Assembly (NCBI GenBank): GCA_020073105.1
Contig: JAIQFW010000002.1
Location: forward strand, 6,353 to 70,352
Direction of reading: 5' to 3'
DNA: 64,000 nt
From: Terriglobia bacterium
GTDB taxonomy: Bacteria; Acidobacteriota; Terriglobia; Terriglobales; Acidobacteriaceae
The translations under genes were made by a program, and so were the position numbers. Under the pieces are notes generated by a model. That model saw only the letters and a program-made list of their open reading frames with translations. It was not told the DNA's origin and made no database searches. Below, in pieces: positions 27,362 to 36,341 of this stretch; position 1 is the first letter of the stretch, and each line of letters starts with the position of its first letter.

Positions 27362-28624
27362 ATGAGTTACGAATTGCGTTGCCGGGAATGCGGCAAGAGT
27401 TGGGGAAACCAGCCCCTTTCGATCTGTGAGGATTGCTTTTCTCCCCTCGAAGTTGCGTACGACTACGAGTGGCTGCGCGGCCCGGTGACGCGCGAGCGCA
27501 TCTCCGCGCGCGCTCCCAACATGTGGCGTTATGCGGAGTTGCTGCCGCTGCCGCAGAATTTCCGGCTCACCGTCCCTGCCGGTTTTACCCCACTGCTGCC
27601 GGCGCCGCGTCTCGCGCAAAGTCTGGGTGCGAAGACGCTGCTGCTCAAAAACGATGCGGTCTGTTTGCCCTCCCTTAGCTTCAAAGACCGCGTCGTGGCA
27701 GTGGCTTTGGCGCAAGCCAGAAATTTCGGCTTCGACACCGTGGCCTGCTCCTCCACGGGGAACCTGGCCAACGCCGTAGCGGCGCAAGCAGCGCGCAACG
27801 GATTGAAAGCCTGGATATTCATCCCCGCCGACCTCGAACCCGCCAAGATTCTCGGCACGCAAGTCTTCGGGGCGAAAGTAGTTCGCATCGCGGGCAGCTA
27901 CGACCAGGTGAACCGCCTCTGCTCGCAGATCGCGGACGAACACCCATGGGGATTCGTGAACGTCAACCTGCGCCCCTACTACGCCGAGGGCTCAAAGACC
28001 GTGGGTTTCGAAATCGCCGAGCAACTGGGCTGGCGCCTGCCAGACAATGTGGTAGTTCCCATGGCGGGCGGATCGCTGATCACGAAAATCAAGAAGGCAT
28101 TCGACGAGTTGGTTTTGTTGGGACTGGTTGAGCCGAAGCCGGTCAAGATCTTCGGCGCACAAGCCACGGGTTGCTCTCCGATCTCAACCGCGGTGAAGGC
28201 AGGGAACGCGGAGATCGAGCCGCAGAAACCGGCGACACTCGCGCGCTCGCTGGCCATCGGCAATCCTGCCGACGGCCACTACGCCATCAAGACCATCCGC
28301 AGCAGCGGCGGCTGGGCCGAGGACATTTCCGATCCCGAGGTCGTTGAGTCCATCCAGCTTCTCGCCCAGACCGAGGGTGTCTTTACCGAGACCGCCGGTG
28401 GAGTCACCGTCGGCTGCGCCCGCAAGCTCTACCAGCAGGGCCGCATTCGTCCGGACGAGACCACCGTGCTCTGCATCACCGGGAACGGTTTGAAGACCAC
28501 CGACATCTTTGCCGGTAAGTATGAAGCCGAGGAGCCAATTCGCCCCAAGATGGCGGACTTTGCGGCTCGGCTGGAAAGAACGTTGGAGCCCCAGCGGCCC
28601 ATTCAAGAATCTGTGGAGGCATGA
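27362..28624 (+). CDS. threonine synthase-family PLP enzyme with N-terminal zinc ribbon (candidate MetM-type homocysteine synthase)
   Basis: CRECG...CEDC ribbon and PSLSFKDRV PLP-lysine motif; 420 aa. Preceded by a SAM riboswitch and followed at 1 nt by a sulfur-carrier gene. Confidence 0.88.
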   Translation: MSYELRCRECGKSWGNQPLSICEDCFSPLEVAYDYEWLRGPVTRERISARAPNMWRYAELLPLPQNFRLTVPAGFTPLLPAPRLAQSLGAKTLLLKNDAVCLPSLSFKDRVVAVALAQARNFGFDTVACSSTGNLANAVAAQAARNGLKAWIFIPADLEPAKILGTQVFGAKVVRIAGSYDQVNRLCSQIADEHPWGFVNVNLRPYYAEGSKTVGFEIAEQLGWRLPDNVVVPMAGGSLITKIKKAFDELVLLGLVEPKPVKIFGAQATGCSPISTAVKAGNAEIEPQKPATLARSLAIGNPADGHYAIKTIRSSGGWAEDISDPEVVESIQLLAQTEGVFTETAGGVTVGCARKLYQQGRIRPDETTVLCITGNGLKTTDIFAGKYEAEEPIRPKMADFAARLERTLEPQRPIQESVEA

Positions 28625-28625
28625 C

Positions 28626-28928
28626 ATGACGGTAACCATCCAAATTCCCAGCGCACTGCGCCGCCACACCGGTGGGGCGGGCAAGGTGACTTGCTCGCCC
28701 GCCAACCTGACCGAGTTGTTCTCCGTGCTCGATCAGCAGTTCCCCGAACTCAAGCCGCACCTGCGCGATGAGGCTGGCGAAGTCCGCCGCTTTCTCAACG
28801 TGTATGTGAACGAGGAAGACATCCGCTTCCTAGGCGGGAACAGCTACGCCTTTCAGGATGGGGATGAAGTGCTACTGGTGCCGTCGATCGCTGGGGGAGC
28901 TTCTTGCCTGCCACAGACGCAGCGATAA
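28626..28928 (+). CDS. MoaD/ThiS-family sulfur-carrier protein with C-terminal extension after Gly-Gly
   Basis: 100 aa. FLNVYVNEEDIRFLGG...GDEVLLVPSIAGG followed by ASCLPQTQR. GGAGG lies 5 nt upstream of the ATG. Confidence 0.85.
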   Translation: MTVTIQIPSALRRHTGGAGKVTCSPANLTELFSVLDQQFPELKPHLRDEAGEVRRFLNVYVNEEDIRFLGGNSYAFQDGDEVLLVPSIAGGASCLPQTQR

Positions 28929-29028
28929 CTGATAGGCTTTGAGGCATATTGCATCCCTGACCGACGTGGCTTCAGATCGGCAACTGAACGACTGGCCAGA
29001 AATGTGCTGCGAGAGGTAAGGAACCCCG

Positions 29029-30081
29029 ATGCGAAGAGTCTCGTATCTCCTCTTCGGAATTCTCCTGGCCGCTGCCGTGTACCTACGCGGACAAGGCCGC
29101 GCTCCTGCCCGGCACCGCGCGAACGAGGCAAGCAGCGGAATCCTCAAGCAAGTTGCCCAGATTGATCTCCCCGGGGCAAAAGGCAAACGCTTTGACTATC
29201 TCACCCTTGACTACGCTCACCATTACCTGCTGTCGAACCACCTTGGCGCGGGATTACTTTACGTCATTGACACGCGTACGAACCAACTCATTAAAGCCAT
29301 CCCTGACGTGCCCGGCGCGGAAGGCGTGGTTGTCATTCCCGAGTTGCAGCGTGCCTACACCGCGGACTGGTACGAGAACAGCATCGCCATCGTCGATTTA
29401 ACAGCAATGAAAGTGATCGGCAAACTGCCAACGCGGGAGAAACCCGACGGTATCGCCTACGCAGTGCCCTTTCAGAAACTCTACGTCTCAGATGAGCGCG
29501 GGCGGGCAGAAGCTATCGTAAGCGTCGAGCAGAACCGGATCGTCAAGACTCTGGAGTTCGACAGCGAGACGGGAATGCCGCAGTACAATCCTGTTGCGCA
29601 GAAAGTGTATGTGAACCTGCAGGACCAGAACCTTATCGCAGTGATCGATCCGGCGACCGACGCCGTGGTGGCGCGCTGGCCGGTGCAGGGTTGTAAGTCG
29701 AATCATGGCATGGCGCTCGATCCGGAACATCACCGGGCATTCCTGTCCTGCGAGGACAACGATACGCTGGCCGTTTTTGATCTTGACCGGCACGCCGCCA
29801 TCGCGCACCTGCCCATGGCATCGGGAGCGGATGTAGTAGATTTTGACCCTGGACTGCGCCGCATTTATGTCGCCTGTGGAACTGGGGCCATCTCCATTTT
29901 TCAGCAGGATGACCCGGACCATTACCGCAAGCTGCCGGACTTTCCGGTGCAGCCTCGTGTCCATAGTTTGGCTGTAGACCGGGAAACGCACCGCGTATAT
30001 GCTCCTGAGGAGCAGGAACACGGTGAGCCGGTGGCGCGCATGATCGTCTACGAACCGGCGGATATCCCCCAATCGAAATGA
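29029..30081 (+). CDS. secreted YVTN/YncE-like beta-propeller protein
   Basis: Signal peptide, then repeated blades (LYVIDTRTNQLIKAIP, IAIVDLTAMKVIGKLP, IAVIDPATDAVVARWP, LAVFDLDRHAAIAHLP). Confidence 0.75.
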   Translation: MRRVSYLLFGILLAAAVYLRGQGRAPARHRANEASSGILKQVAQIDLPGAKGKRFDYLTLDYAHHYLLSNHLGAGLLYVIDTRTNQLIKAIPDVPGAEGVVVIPELQRAYTADWYENSIAIVDLTAMKVIGKLPTREKPDGIAYAVPFQKLYVSDERGRAEAIVSVEQNRIVKTLEFDSETGMPQYNPVAQKVYVNLQDQNLIAVIDPATDAVVARWPVQGCKSNHGMALDPEHHRAFLSCEDNDTLAVFDLDRHAAIAHLPMASGADVVDFDPGLRRIYVACGTGAISIFQQDDPDHYRKLPDFPVQPRVHSLAVDRETHRVYAPEEQEHGEPVARMIVYEPADIPQSK

Positions 30082-30724
30082 GCTGTAAACTCTGCGTCAC
30101 GGCCCTGCTGCTGGTGATGTTTGCGGTCCTCGCGGGCCAGGCTTCCTTTGCCCAGGCAGGCCGCTGCTCGACGTGAACTATGGCGCGGGCGATCACCTTC
30201 AGTTGAAGTTTGAAATGCCCTATGTCGTGCGGACCGCGGACCAGGCAATCCATGCGGGCCTGGGGAATTCCAAGATCGGAGTCAAGTGGCGCTTTCTAGA
30301 CGAGTCCGGGCAAGGGGTTTCCGTCTCGACGTATCCGCAGTTCACATTCAACAACCCTACGACTTCAGTACGACAGGGCCTGGCCGACGACGGCTGGCAG
30401 ATGTTTCTGCCGCTCGAGTGCTCGAAGACATTTAGAAAGCTCCAAGTTGACGGGGAAGCAGGCTATAACCTGCAACGGAAGCGTCCGGACGAACTTTGGC
30501 TGGGCCTCGTTGCAGCCGTCCATCCTCTGGCTAGGGTCGAGCTCCTAGGAGAGTTGCATTCCATCGGCTCCCGCCATTTTTCTGAAAACGAGTCGGTGTT
30601 CGATTTGGGGAGCAGAATCAAATTGACCAGGTTGAACACACTGCTGTTTGCCGCCGGTCGGAGTTTGCCGGGGTCCGTTGCCGTTAGGTTCTTTACCTAT
30701 GCCGGTGTTCAATTCACGTTTTGA
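30078..30724 (+). pseudogene. outer-membrane beta-barrel gene split by a frameshift (or assembly error)
   Basis: ATG at 30078 encodes signal peptide MSCKLCVTALLLVMFAVLAGQASFAQA and stops at 30174-30176. The barrel (ends ..YAGVQFTF) continues in another frame that is open from 30089. Confidence 0.5.
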
Positions 30725-30751
30725 GCCATAGCGGGGAGCAAAGTCGCGCGT

Positions 30752-30933
30752 CTGAAATCCATTTGGCATGGGAGCGGTGAGATCCGCGGCTTACGAAAGG
30801 TGTACGTGAACGAGGTGGACATTCGTTTCCTCGGTCATCTGTTCTCCCACTGAGCATCGCCGTCCCGGCCATCCAACCCAGTTCCAGGCCGCAGTTACCG
30901 TCCTTTGAAACCACCACCTGCCCGCACTCGTAA
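30752..30933 (+). pseudogene. decayed MoaD/ThiS-like sulfur-carrier gene fragment
   Basis: LKSIWHGSGEIRGLRKVYVNEVDIRFLGH then a stop. In a different frame, PSFETTTCPHS-stop. Nucleotide core GTGTACGTGAACGAGGTGGACATTCGTTTCCTCGG versus GTGTATGTGAACGAGGAAGACATCCGCTTCCTAGG at about 28800. Confidence 0.5.
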
Positions 30934-31013
30934 GCCCTAGTGTACGAAGAACATAAAGAGATTGTGCTTCTTCAGTTGGCGGTCTATAATCTAACTAACC
31001 AGTTAATTAAACC

Positions 31014-31697
31014 ATGAAGACTGCACCCGTCAAGCCCCGTCTCGGTTCCCGCGGCCGCCCCGAACAAAGCCGCGCCGCCATTCTCAAGGCTGCCGTAATC
31101 GAGTTCTCCCGTGAAGGTGTTGCCGGCGCCCGCACCGACGCCATTGCCCGCGCCGCCCGGGTGAACAAGGCCCTGCTTTACTACTACTTCAAGGACAAAG
31201 AGGCCCTCTACAGTGCTGTCCTCGACCAGGTTTTCGGGGGGTTGACCGAATCCGTGCAAGCAGCGTTTGCCCTACAAGTGCCCCCACGCGAGACGATTCT
31301 CGCCTACGCCCGCGCCCACTTCGACTACATCGCCAGCCATCCCCTTTACCCGCGAATTGTGCAAGGCGAAATGATGCGTGCCACCCGCGGCGGCGCCACC
31401 CAGCTCGAGCGGATTGTCAAGCAGTACTTCCTTCCCTTGTCACGCCAACTCGCGCAGGTGTTGAAGGAAGGCATGGCCTCAGGTGACTTCCGCCAGGTCG
31501 ATCCCATGCAGTTTGTCTCCTCCATGATTGCTGTGATCGTGTTCTACTTCACCAACGCCCCGGCCATGCGTTTGATGAGCGGAGCAGACCCACTTGCCCC
31601 CGAGCGTATTGCCGCCCGCCGTGCTGCCGTTCTCGACTTCATCTCTGCCGCCTTGTTTCAGCCCCCTGGTTCACAGCGGCAAGGAGCAAGCCAATGA
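31014..31697 (+). CDS. TetR/AcrR-family transcriptional regulator
   Basis: N-terminal HTH: ILKAAVIEFSREGVAGARTDAIARAARVNKALLYYYF. Confidence 0.9.
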   Translation: MKTAPVKPRLGSRGRPEQSRAAILKAAVIEFSREGVAGARTDAIARAARVNKALLYYYFKDKEALYSAVLDQVFGGLTESVQAAFALQVPPRETILAYARAHFDYIASHPLYPRIVQGEMMRATRGGATQLERIVKQYFLPLSRQLAQVLKEGMASGDFRQVDPMQFVSSMIAVIVFYFTNAPAMRLMSGADPLAPERIAARRAAVLDFISAALFQPPGSQRQGASQ

Positions 31698-32791
31698 GTG
31701 TACGCAATAAATTCCTGATTCTTCTCGGTGTGATCACTGCGATAGCGCTCGGCTACTATTTCATTTCCACGCCGCGCAACAAAGACCTGATTCTGATCGG
31801 CACCGTGGACTCCAACCAGGTGATCGTCAGCCCCCAGGTCAACGGCCGGCTCATGAAACTGCTGGTGGACGAAGGCACACCCGTCAAGCAGGGGGATTTG
31901 ATCGCGGTGCTCGATCCCGCGGAACTCGAAGCCCAGGCCCGGGCGGCTGCCGCCACCATCGACAGCATGAAGTACAAGGTGGCGGAAACTCAGTCCACCC
32001 TGGAAGCCACTCAGGGGTCCACCACCAGCAGCGTGGCCAACGCGCAGGCCCGGCTGCAATCCGCGCGGGCGCAGCTGCTGCAGGCCGAGGCCACCCTGGA
32101 GCGTACTCAGAGTGACAGCCGCCGCATGATTGAACTGGCAAAACAGGGCGTTGCATCAGACCAGGAGCGCGTACAGGCCGAGACCAATCTCGCCGCGCAG
32201 CAGGCTGTGGTCCAATCGCTGAAAGATCAGGTTCGAGCGGCCGAGGCCGATCTCAACGTTGCGATCGCAAACACCCATCAGGCGCACGCCGCCCAGCGCA
32301 CCGTTGAATCCACGCGCGCCCAGCAGGCCAATGCGGAAGACATGCTCAAACAGGCCGAGGTCCGGCTGGGCTATACCAAGATTTACGCCCCCATCACGGG
32401 AACGGTATCGGTGCGCGCGGCCCGCGAAGGCGAGGTCCTCAACCCCGGGCAGCCGATTGTGACCATCGTCGATTTCAGTGATACCTGGGTTCGCGCAGCC
32501 ATACCTGAGACCGACGCCGATCACATCGGTCTGGGAGACACCTTACACATCCAGCTTCCCGGCGGCACCATCACTTCCGGCAAAGTCTTCTTCAAGTCTG
32601 CGGAAGCCGATTTCGCTACACAGCGCGACGTCGGCCGGCGCAAGCGCGACATCCGGACCATTGTGCTCAAGGTGCGATTGGATAACCCCAAAGGTGCTTA
32701 CGTCCCCGGCATGACCGCTGAAGTGTTGGTCTCGCCCGAGCAGCTGAAGGGCAAAGCGCAGGAAAAGACCGCCGCGGAGCAGCGCCCGTGA
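31694..32791 (+). CDS. HlyD-family membrane fusion (periplasmic adaptor) protein
   Basis: N-terminal TM, lipoyl-like GDLIAVLD, long coiled coil, YTKIYAPITGTV and beta-barrel region. Overlaps tetR by 4 nt. Confidence 0.88.
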   Translation: MSVRNKFLILLGVITAIALGYYFISTPRNKDLILIGTVDSNQVIVSPQVNGRLMKLLVDEGTPVKQGDLIAVLDPAELEAQARAAAATIDSMKYKVAETQSTLEATQGSTTSSVANAQARLQSARAQLLQAEATLERTQSDSRRMIELAKQGVASDQERVQAETNLAAQQAVVQSLKDQVRAAEADLNVAIANTHQAHAAQRTVESTRAQQANAEDMLKQAEVRLGYTKIYAPITGTVSVRAAREGEVLNPGQPIVTIVDFSDTWVRAAIPETDADHIGLGDTLHIQLPGGTITSGKVFFKSAEADFATQRDVGRRKRDIRTIVLKVRLDNPKGAYVPGMTAEVLVSPEQLKGKAQEKTAAEQRP

Positions 32792-33852
32792 TTACCGACC
32801 TCCATGCCAACGGCGGGACGGGAACGAACGGGCACGATTCGGCGGGCGGACCCAAAGCGAACGCCATCGAAGTCGAGAACATCGTTAAGAAGTACGGGGA
32901 CTTCACGGCAGTCGATGGCGTGTCTTTTCAAGTGAAAGAAGGGGAGATATTCGGCCTGCTCGGTCCGAACGGGGCGGGCAAGTCCACGCTGATCCGCATG
33001 ATGACCACGCTCATTCCCATCACTGCGGGCAGTGCGCGCATTGCCGGACACGACGTGGAAAGAGAGCCCGACGCGGTCCGCCGGACCATCGGCGTGATCC
33101 CGCAGGCGTTGACCAGCGACCTCGACCTCACCATCGAAGAGAACCTCAATATCTACGCCAAGCTCTACGACGTTCCCGCGAAGAAGCGCAAAGCAACCAT
33201 CGAAGAACTGCTGGAAGTGGTGGATCTCACCAAGTGGCGCTCCGCCCAGACCAAGACCTTGTCTGGCGGCATGCGGCGGCGTCTGGAGATCGCCCGCGGT
33301 TTGGTGCACAGCCCACGCATCTTCTTCCTGGACGAGCCCACCACCGGCCTGGACCCCGTCTCGCGCGTGTCGGTCTGGGAGATGCTGACCAACATCAAGA
33401 GCCACCGGGAACTCACCATTCTCATCACTACGCACTACATGGACGAGGCCGACCGTCTGTGCGATCGCATTGCCATCGTCGATCACGGCAAGCTGGTGGC
33501 CCTTGATACCCCGGCAGCGCTGAAGGCCAGCGTGCCAGGCTCCAATGTGATCGAAGCACAATTCGAAAACGCTCCCGCCGACTGGGAGCAACGCCTGCGC
33601 AAACTGGGTGACGTGACCTCGGTGCAGCACGAGGGTGCCGGAATGTACCGCATCCTCACTGGTAACGGTTCGCAGACCACGACCGCGCTGGTGGAGTCGG
33701 CTGTCAAGGCCGGCGTAGGCATCAAATCGCTCTCCGTTCAGAACACCACGTTGGACGATGTTTTCGTTCACTACACGGGGCGTCAATTGCGCGACGAACT
33801 GCAGAAGGCCTACGCGTTCGTCATGCCGCAACGCCCAGGATTGCAACCATGA
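32788..33852 (+). CDS. ABC transporter ATP-binding protein (ABC-2/DrrA-like)
   Basis: Walker A GPNGAGKST, signature LSGGMRRRL, Walker B IFFLDEPTTGLD. 4-nt overlap upstream. Confidence 0.92.
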   Translation: MITDLHANGGTGTNGHDSAGGPKANAIEVENIVKKYGDFTAVDGVSFQVKEGEIFGLLGPNGAGKSTLIRMMTTLIPITAGSARIAGHDVEREPDAVRRTIGVIPQALTSDLDLTIEENLNIYAKLYDVPAKKRKATIEELLEVVDLTKWRSAQTKTLSGGMRRRLEIARGLVHSPRIFFLDEPTTGLDPVSRVSVWEMLTNIKSHRELTILITTHYMDEADRLCDRIAIVDHGKLVALDTPAALKASVPGSNVIEAQFENAPADWEQRLRKLGDVTSVQHEGAGMYRILTGNGSQTTTALVESAVKAGVGIKSLSVQNTTLDDVFVHYTGRQLRDELQKAYAFVMPQRPGLQP

Positions 33853-34961
33853 ACCGAATAATGGCGATTGTCGAGCGCGAGATGCGCAAGTTTTTCCGTT
33901 CTCCGGCGCTGATGATGGCGTCCATGATCTTCCCTCTGGTGCAGCTCATCGTGCTGGGCAACGCCTTTGGCGGCAAGATTCGCGATGCCAAGCTCGGCTT
34001 GGTGGACCAGGACGGCGGTACCCAGGCGCTGAAGATTCGCGAGGCATTCGACTCGGTCCGCGCCAACATGCGCACCTTCGAACCGGTTTACTACCACGAC
34101 CCGAAGACCGCCATGGAGGACGTGCGCAACGGCAAGATCCAGGGTGCCGTCATCATTCCGCCCCAGTTTTCGCGCCGCGTATACGAGCAGGACCAGCCAC
34201 GCATCGCCCTGGTCGTGGACAACAGCGACAACTTCATGAGTTCCACGTTGGAAGCGTCGCTGACTGAAATTACCAAGGCCCTGAACCAACCCGCGGTCAC
34301 GCCTCGCATGATGCAGGAAACCGTCCTGCAGATCGTCGAGCTCTATCCCTATATCGAATACATGAAATATCTGCTTCCCGGTTCTATCACCCTGGCGATG
34401 TTTGTCTCGGTCATGATCGGCGGTGGCATGTTGTACATCGACGACAAAGCCCGCGGCGTACATGAGGGCTACCTGGTCACGCCCATCACCAAGACCGAGC
34501 TGGTCTTCGGGCTCAACGGCGCGGGAGCGATCAAGGCGGTGCTGACCGGGGTTGTGATCACGCTGGTGGGGTCGTTGCTGGCGGGCGTGAGTACGGTGTT
34601 CAATCCCGCCACGATCCTGGGCTTGATGATCATGATCCTGCTGACCTCGCTAGCCTTCAACACCATGATGTTCCTGATGATGGTGCGCATCGAAGACCCC
34701 TTGGTGCCGCGGGCCATCTTCGGGATTCTCAACACGCTGCTGTTTTTCCCCAGTGGCTCGATCTATCCGGTGCAGGCGTTCCCGTGGTGGCTGCGCGCCA
34801 TCGCCAAAGCCGATCCCTTCACTTATGCGGTGCATGGCTTGAAATCGCTTCTGCTGAAAGAAACCGGCCTGGCCGCCATCGTTCCCGACATGATTTACCT
34901 GTCGATATTCGCGGTGGTCACGCTGGCCATCGCGACTCCCCTGTTTAAGCGGACACTGTAA
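33849..34961 (+). CDS. ABC-2-type transporter permease
   Basis: 370 aa. N-terminal TM, large extracytoplasmic loop, five C-terminal TMs. 4-nt overlap with the ATPase gene. Confidence 0.88.
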   Translation: MNRIMAIVEREMRKFFRSPALMMASMIFPLVQLIVLGNAFGGKIRDAKLGLVDQDGGTQALKIREAFDSVRANMRTFEPVYYHDPKTAMEDVRNGKIQGAVIIPPQFSRRVYEQDQPRIALVVDNSDNFMSSTLEASLTEITKALNQPAVTPRMMQETVLQIVELYPYIEYMKYLLPGSITLAMFVSVMIGGGMLYIDDKARGVHEGYLVTPITKTELVFGLNGAGAIKAVLTGVVITLVGSLLAGVSTVFNPATILGLMIMILLTSLAFNTMMFLMMVRIEDPLVPRAIFGILNTLLFFPSGSIYPVQAFPWWLRAIAKADPFTYAVHGLKSLLLKETGLAAIVPDMIYLSIFAVVTLAIATPLFKRTL

Positions 34962-34966
34962 ATCTT

Positions 34967-35095
34967 CACCGCCGAGCACGCCGAGAGCGCCGAGAAATTC
35001 TTCCTTGCGCCAATCTTGGCAAACTCTGGGCTTAAGGGCTTTTGCTGCATTTCGTTTTCTCTGCGTCCTTTGCGCCCTCTGCGTTTCAAGATTTT
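34967..35095. repeat. inverted pair of CTCTGYG-type units with a long loop
   Basis: CACCGCCGAGCACGCCGAGAGCGCCGAGAAATTC ... TTTTCTCTGCGTCCTTTGCGCCCTCTGCGTTTCAAGATTTT. Confidence 0.85.
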
Positions 35096-35126
35096 GATCC
35101 GTTCTTGGTATGCTCTAAGGGAAGAC

Positions 35127-35600
35127 ATGACCCTGCTCGATGCCCAGCAGTACGACCCGGCCCGCGACCGGCGCCGCAGAAACCGAGTAATCGTCCTCAT
35201 TGTTGTTATCGTGATCTGCGCTTGGGTCGCCTACCACTTCCGCGCCTATCCCGAGCGGGCTGCGGTGGGCCGCTTTTTCGCCGCGCTGCAAAAGCAGGAT
35301 TATGAGGCAGCCTACGCCGTCTGGTTCCGCGACCCTGATTGGAAACAGCACCAGGAGAAGTATTCCAGCTACCCGTTCAACGACTTCTATCGGGACTGGG
35401 GCCCGGGCGGAGAGTGGGGTCTGGTGAAATCCTACAACGTAGATTGTTCGCTGAGTCCTGGTAACGGCGTGATCGTGCAGGTGACAGTGAACAGCCGCGC
35501 CCAGCACGCCTACGTCTGGGTGCAGAAGTCGGACAAGACGTTGTCTTTTTCCCCCAGTGAGATCGAGTGCGGGAATTGGTGGACGCGGGTGACAGAGTAG
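35127..35600 (+). CDS. membrane-anchored hypothetical protein
   Basis: ATG at 35127. RRRRNRVIVLIVVIVICAWVAYHF anchor, then a soluble domain. No family recognised. Confidence 0.55.
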   Translation: MTLLDAQQYDPARDRRRRNRVIVLIVVIVICAWVAYHFRAYPERAAVGRFFAALQKQDYEAAYAVWFRDPDWKQHQEKYSSYPFNDFYRDWGPGGEWGLVKSYNVDCSLSPGNGVIVQVTVNSRAQHAYVWVQKSDKTLSFSPSEIECGNWWTRVTE

Positions 35601-35802
35601 TAACTCCCCGGGAAACAGCCCGACAAGCGGCTGAGATTCCCACCCATGCCCGGCTAACTGTCCTTCCCACAACCCCATAGCCGAGGCCGCCAGTAACCTC
35701 CTAATTAAGTGCTAGTAAAGGGGTTACCTTCGTTCGTTGTGACCTCGCAGCCCCGATGACTACCATAGATAGTTGCTAAATTCCTGAAGATTAGGGCATG
35801 GC

Positions 35803-36324
35803 GTGGAGCATCAGAGCGGACGAAGGAATTCTGCCACAGATGCAGTTGGAGATGAGCTTGCCACGGGTGCGCGGCGTTCGGCGCACAAGGGCTTTACGCT
35901 CATTGAGTTGCTCATCACCATTGCCATCATCCTAACCCTCTGTGCCATTGCTATCCCTAATCTCTTGGCGGCGGTTAATCAAGCCAGAATTGCCAAGGCA
36001 ATCGGGGACATTCGCAGCATCGGAGATGACATCGAAGCTTACAACGTTATCCACTACCAATATCCGGAGAGCCTTGCAGATATTGGCCGTGACACGTTTC
36101 CCGATCCATGGGGCAATCCCTACCGGTACTTGAATTTCGCCTCGGCAAGCGGCAAGGGGGGGATGCGAAAAGATCGCTTCTTGGTGCCGATCAACACCTA
36201 TTTCGACCTCTACAGCATGGGCAAAGACGGGAAAAGCGTGCCACCACTGACTGCGCAGGCCAGCCAAGATGACGTGCTGTGGGCAAATGACGGGGGTTTC
36301 ATCGGGCTAGCTTCGCAGTATTGA
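35803..36324 (+). CDS. GspG-like type II secretion pseudopilin / prepilin-type N-terminal methylation domain protein
   Basis: KG-FTLIELLITIAIILTLCAIAIPNLL prepilin motif. DPWGNPYRY and DLYSMGKDGKS are typical of GspG. The leader is unusually long and the GTG start is uncertain. Confidence 0.8.
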   Translation: MEHQSGRRNSATDAVGDELATGARRSAHKGFTLIELLITIAIILTLCAIAIPNLLAAVNQARIAKAIGDIRSIGDDIEAYNVIHYQYPESLADIGRDTFPDPWGNPYRYLNFASASGKGGMRKDRFLVPINTYFDLYSMGKDGKSVPPLTAQASQDDVLWANDGGFIGLASQY

Positions 36325-36341
36325 GAAGGGACAAGAGCGGG

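Noticed and set aside
30714-30917. 67-aa minus-strand ORF
   Set aside because: Lies antisense to the carrier-gene relic, which explains the open frame. No start context.
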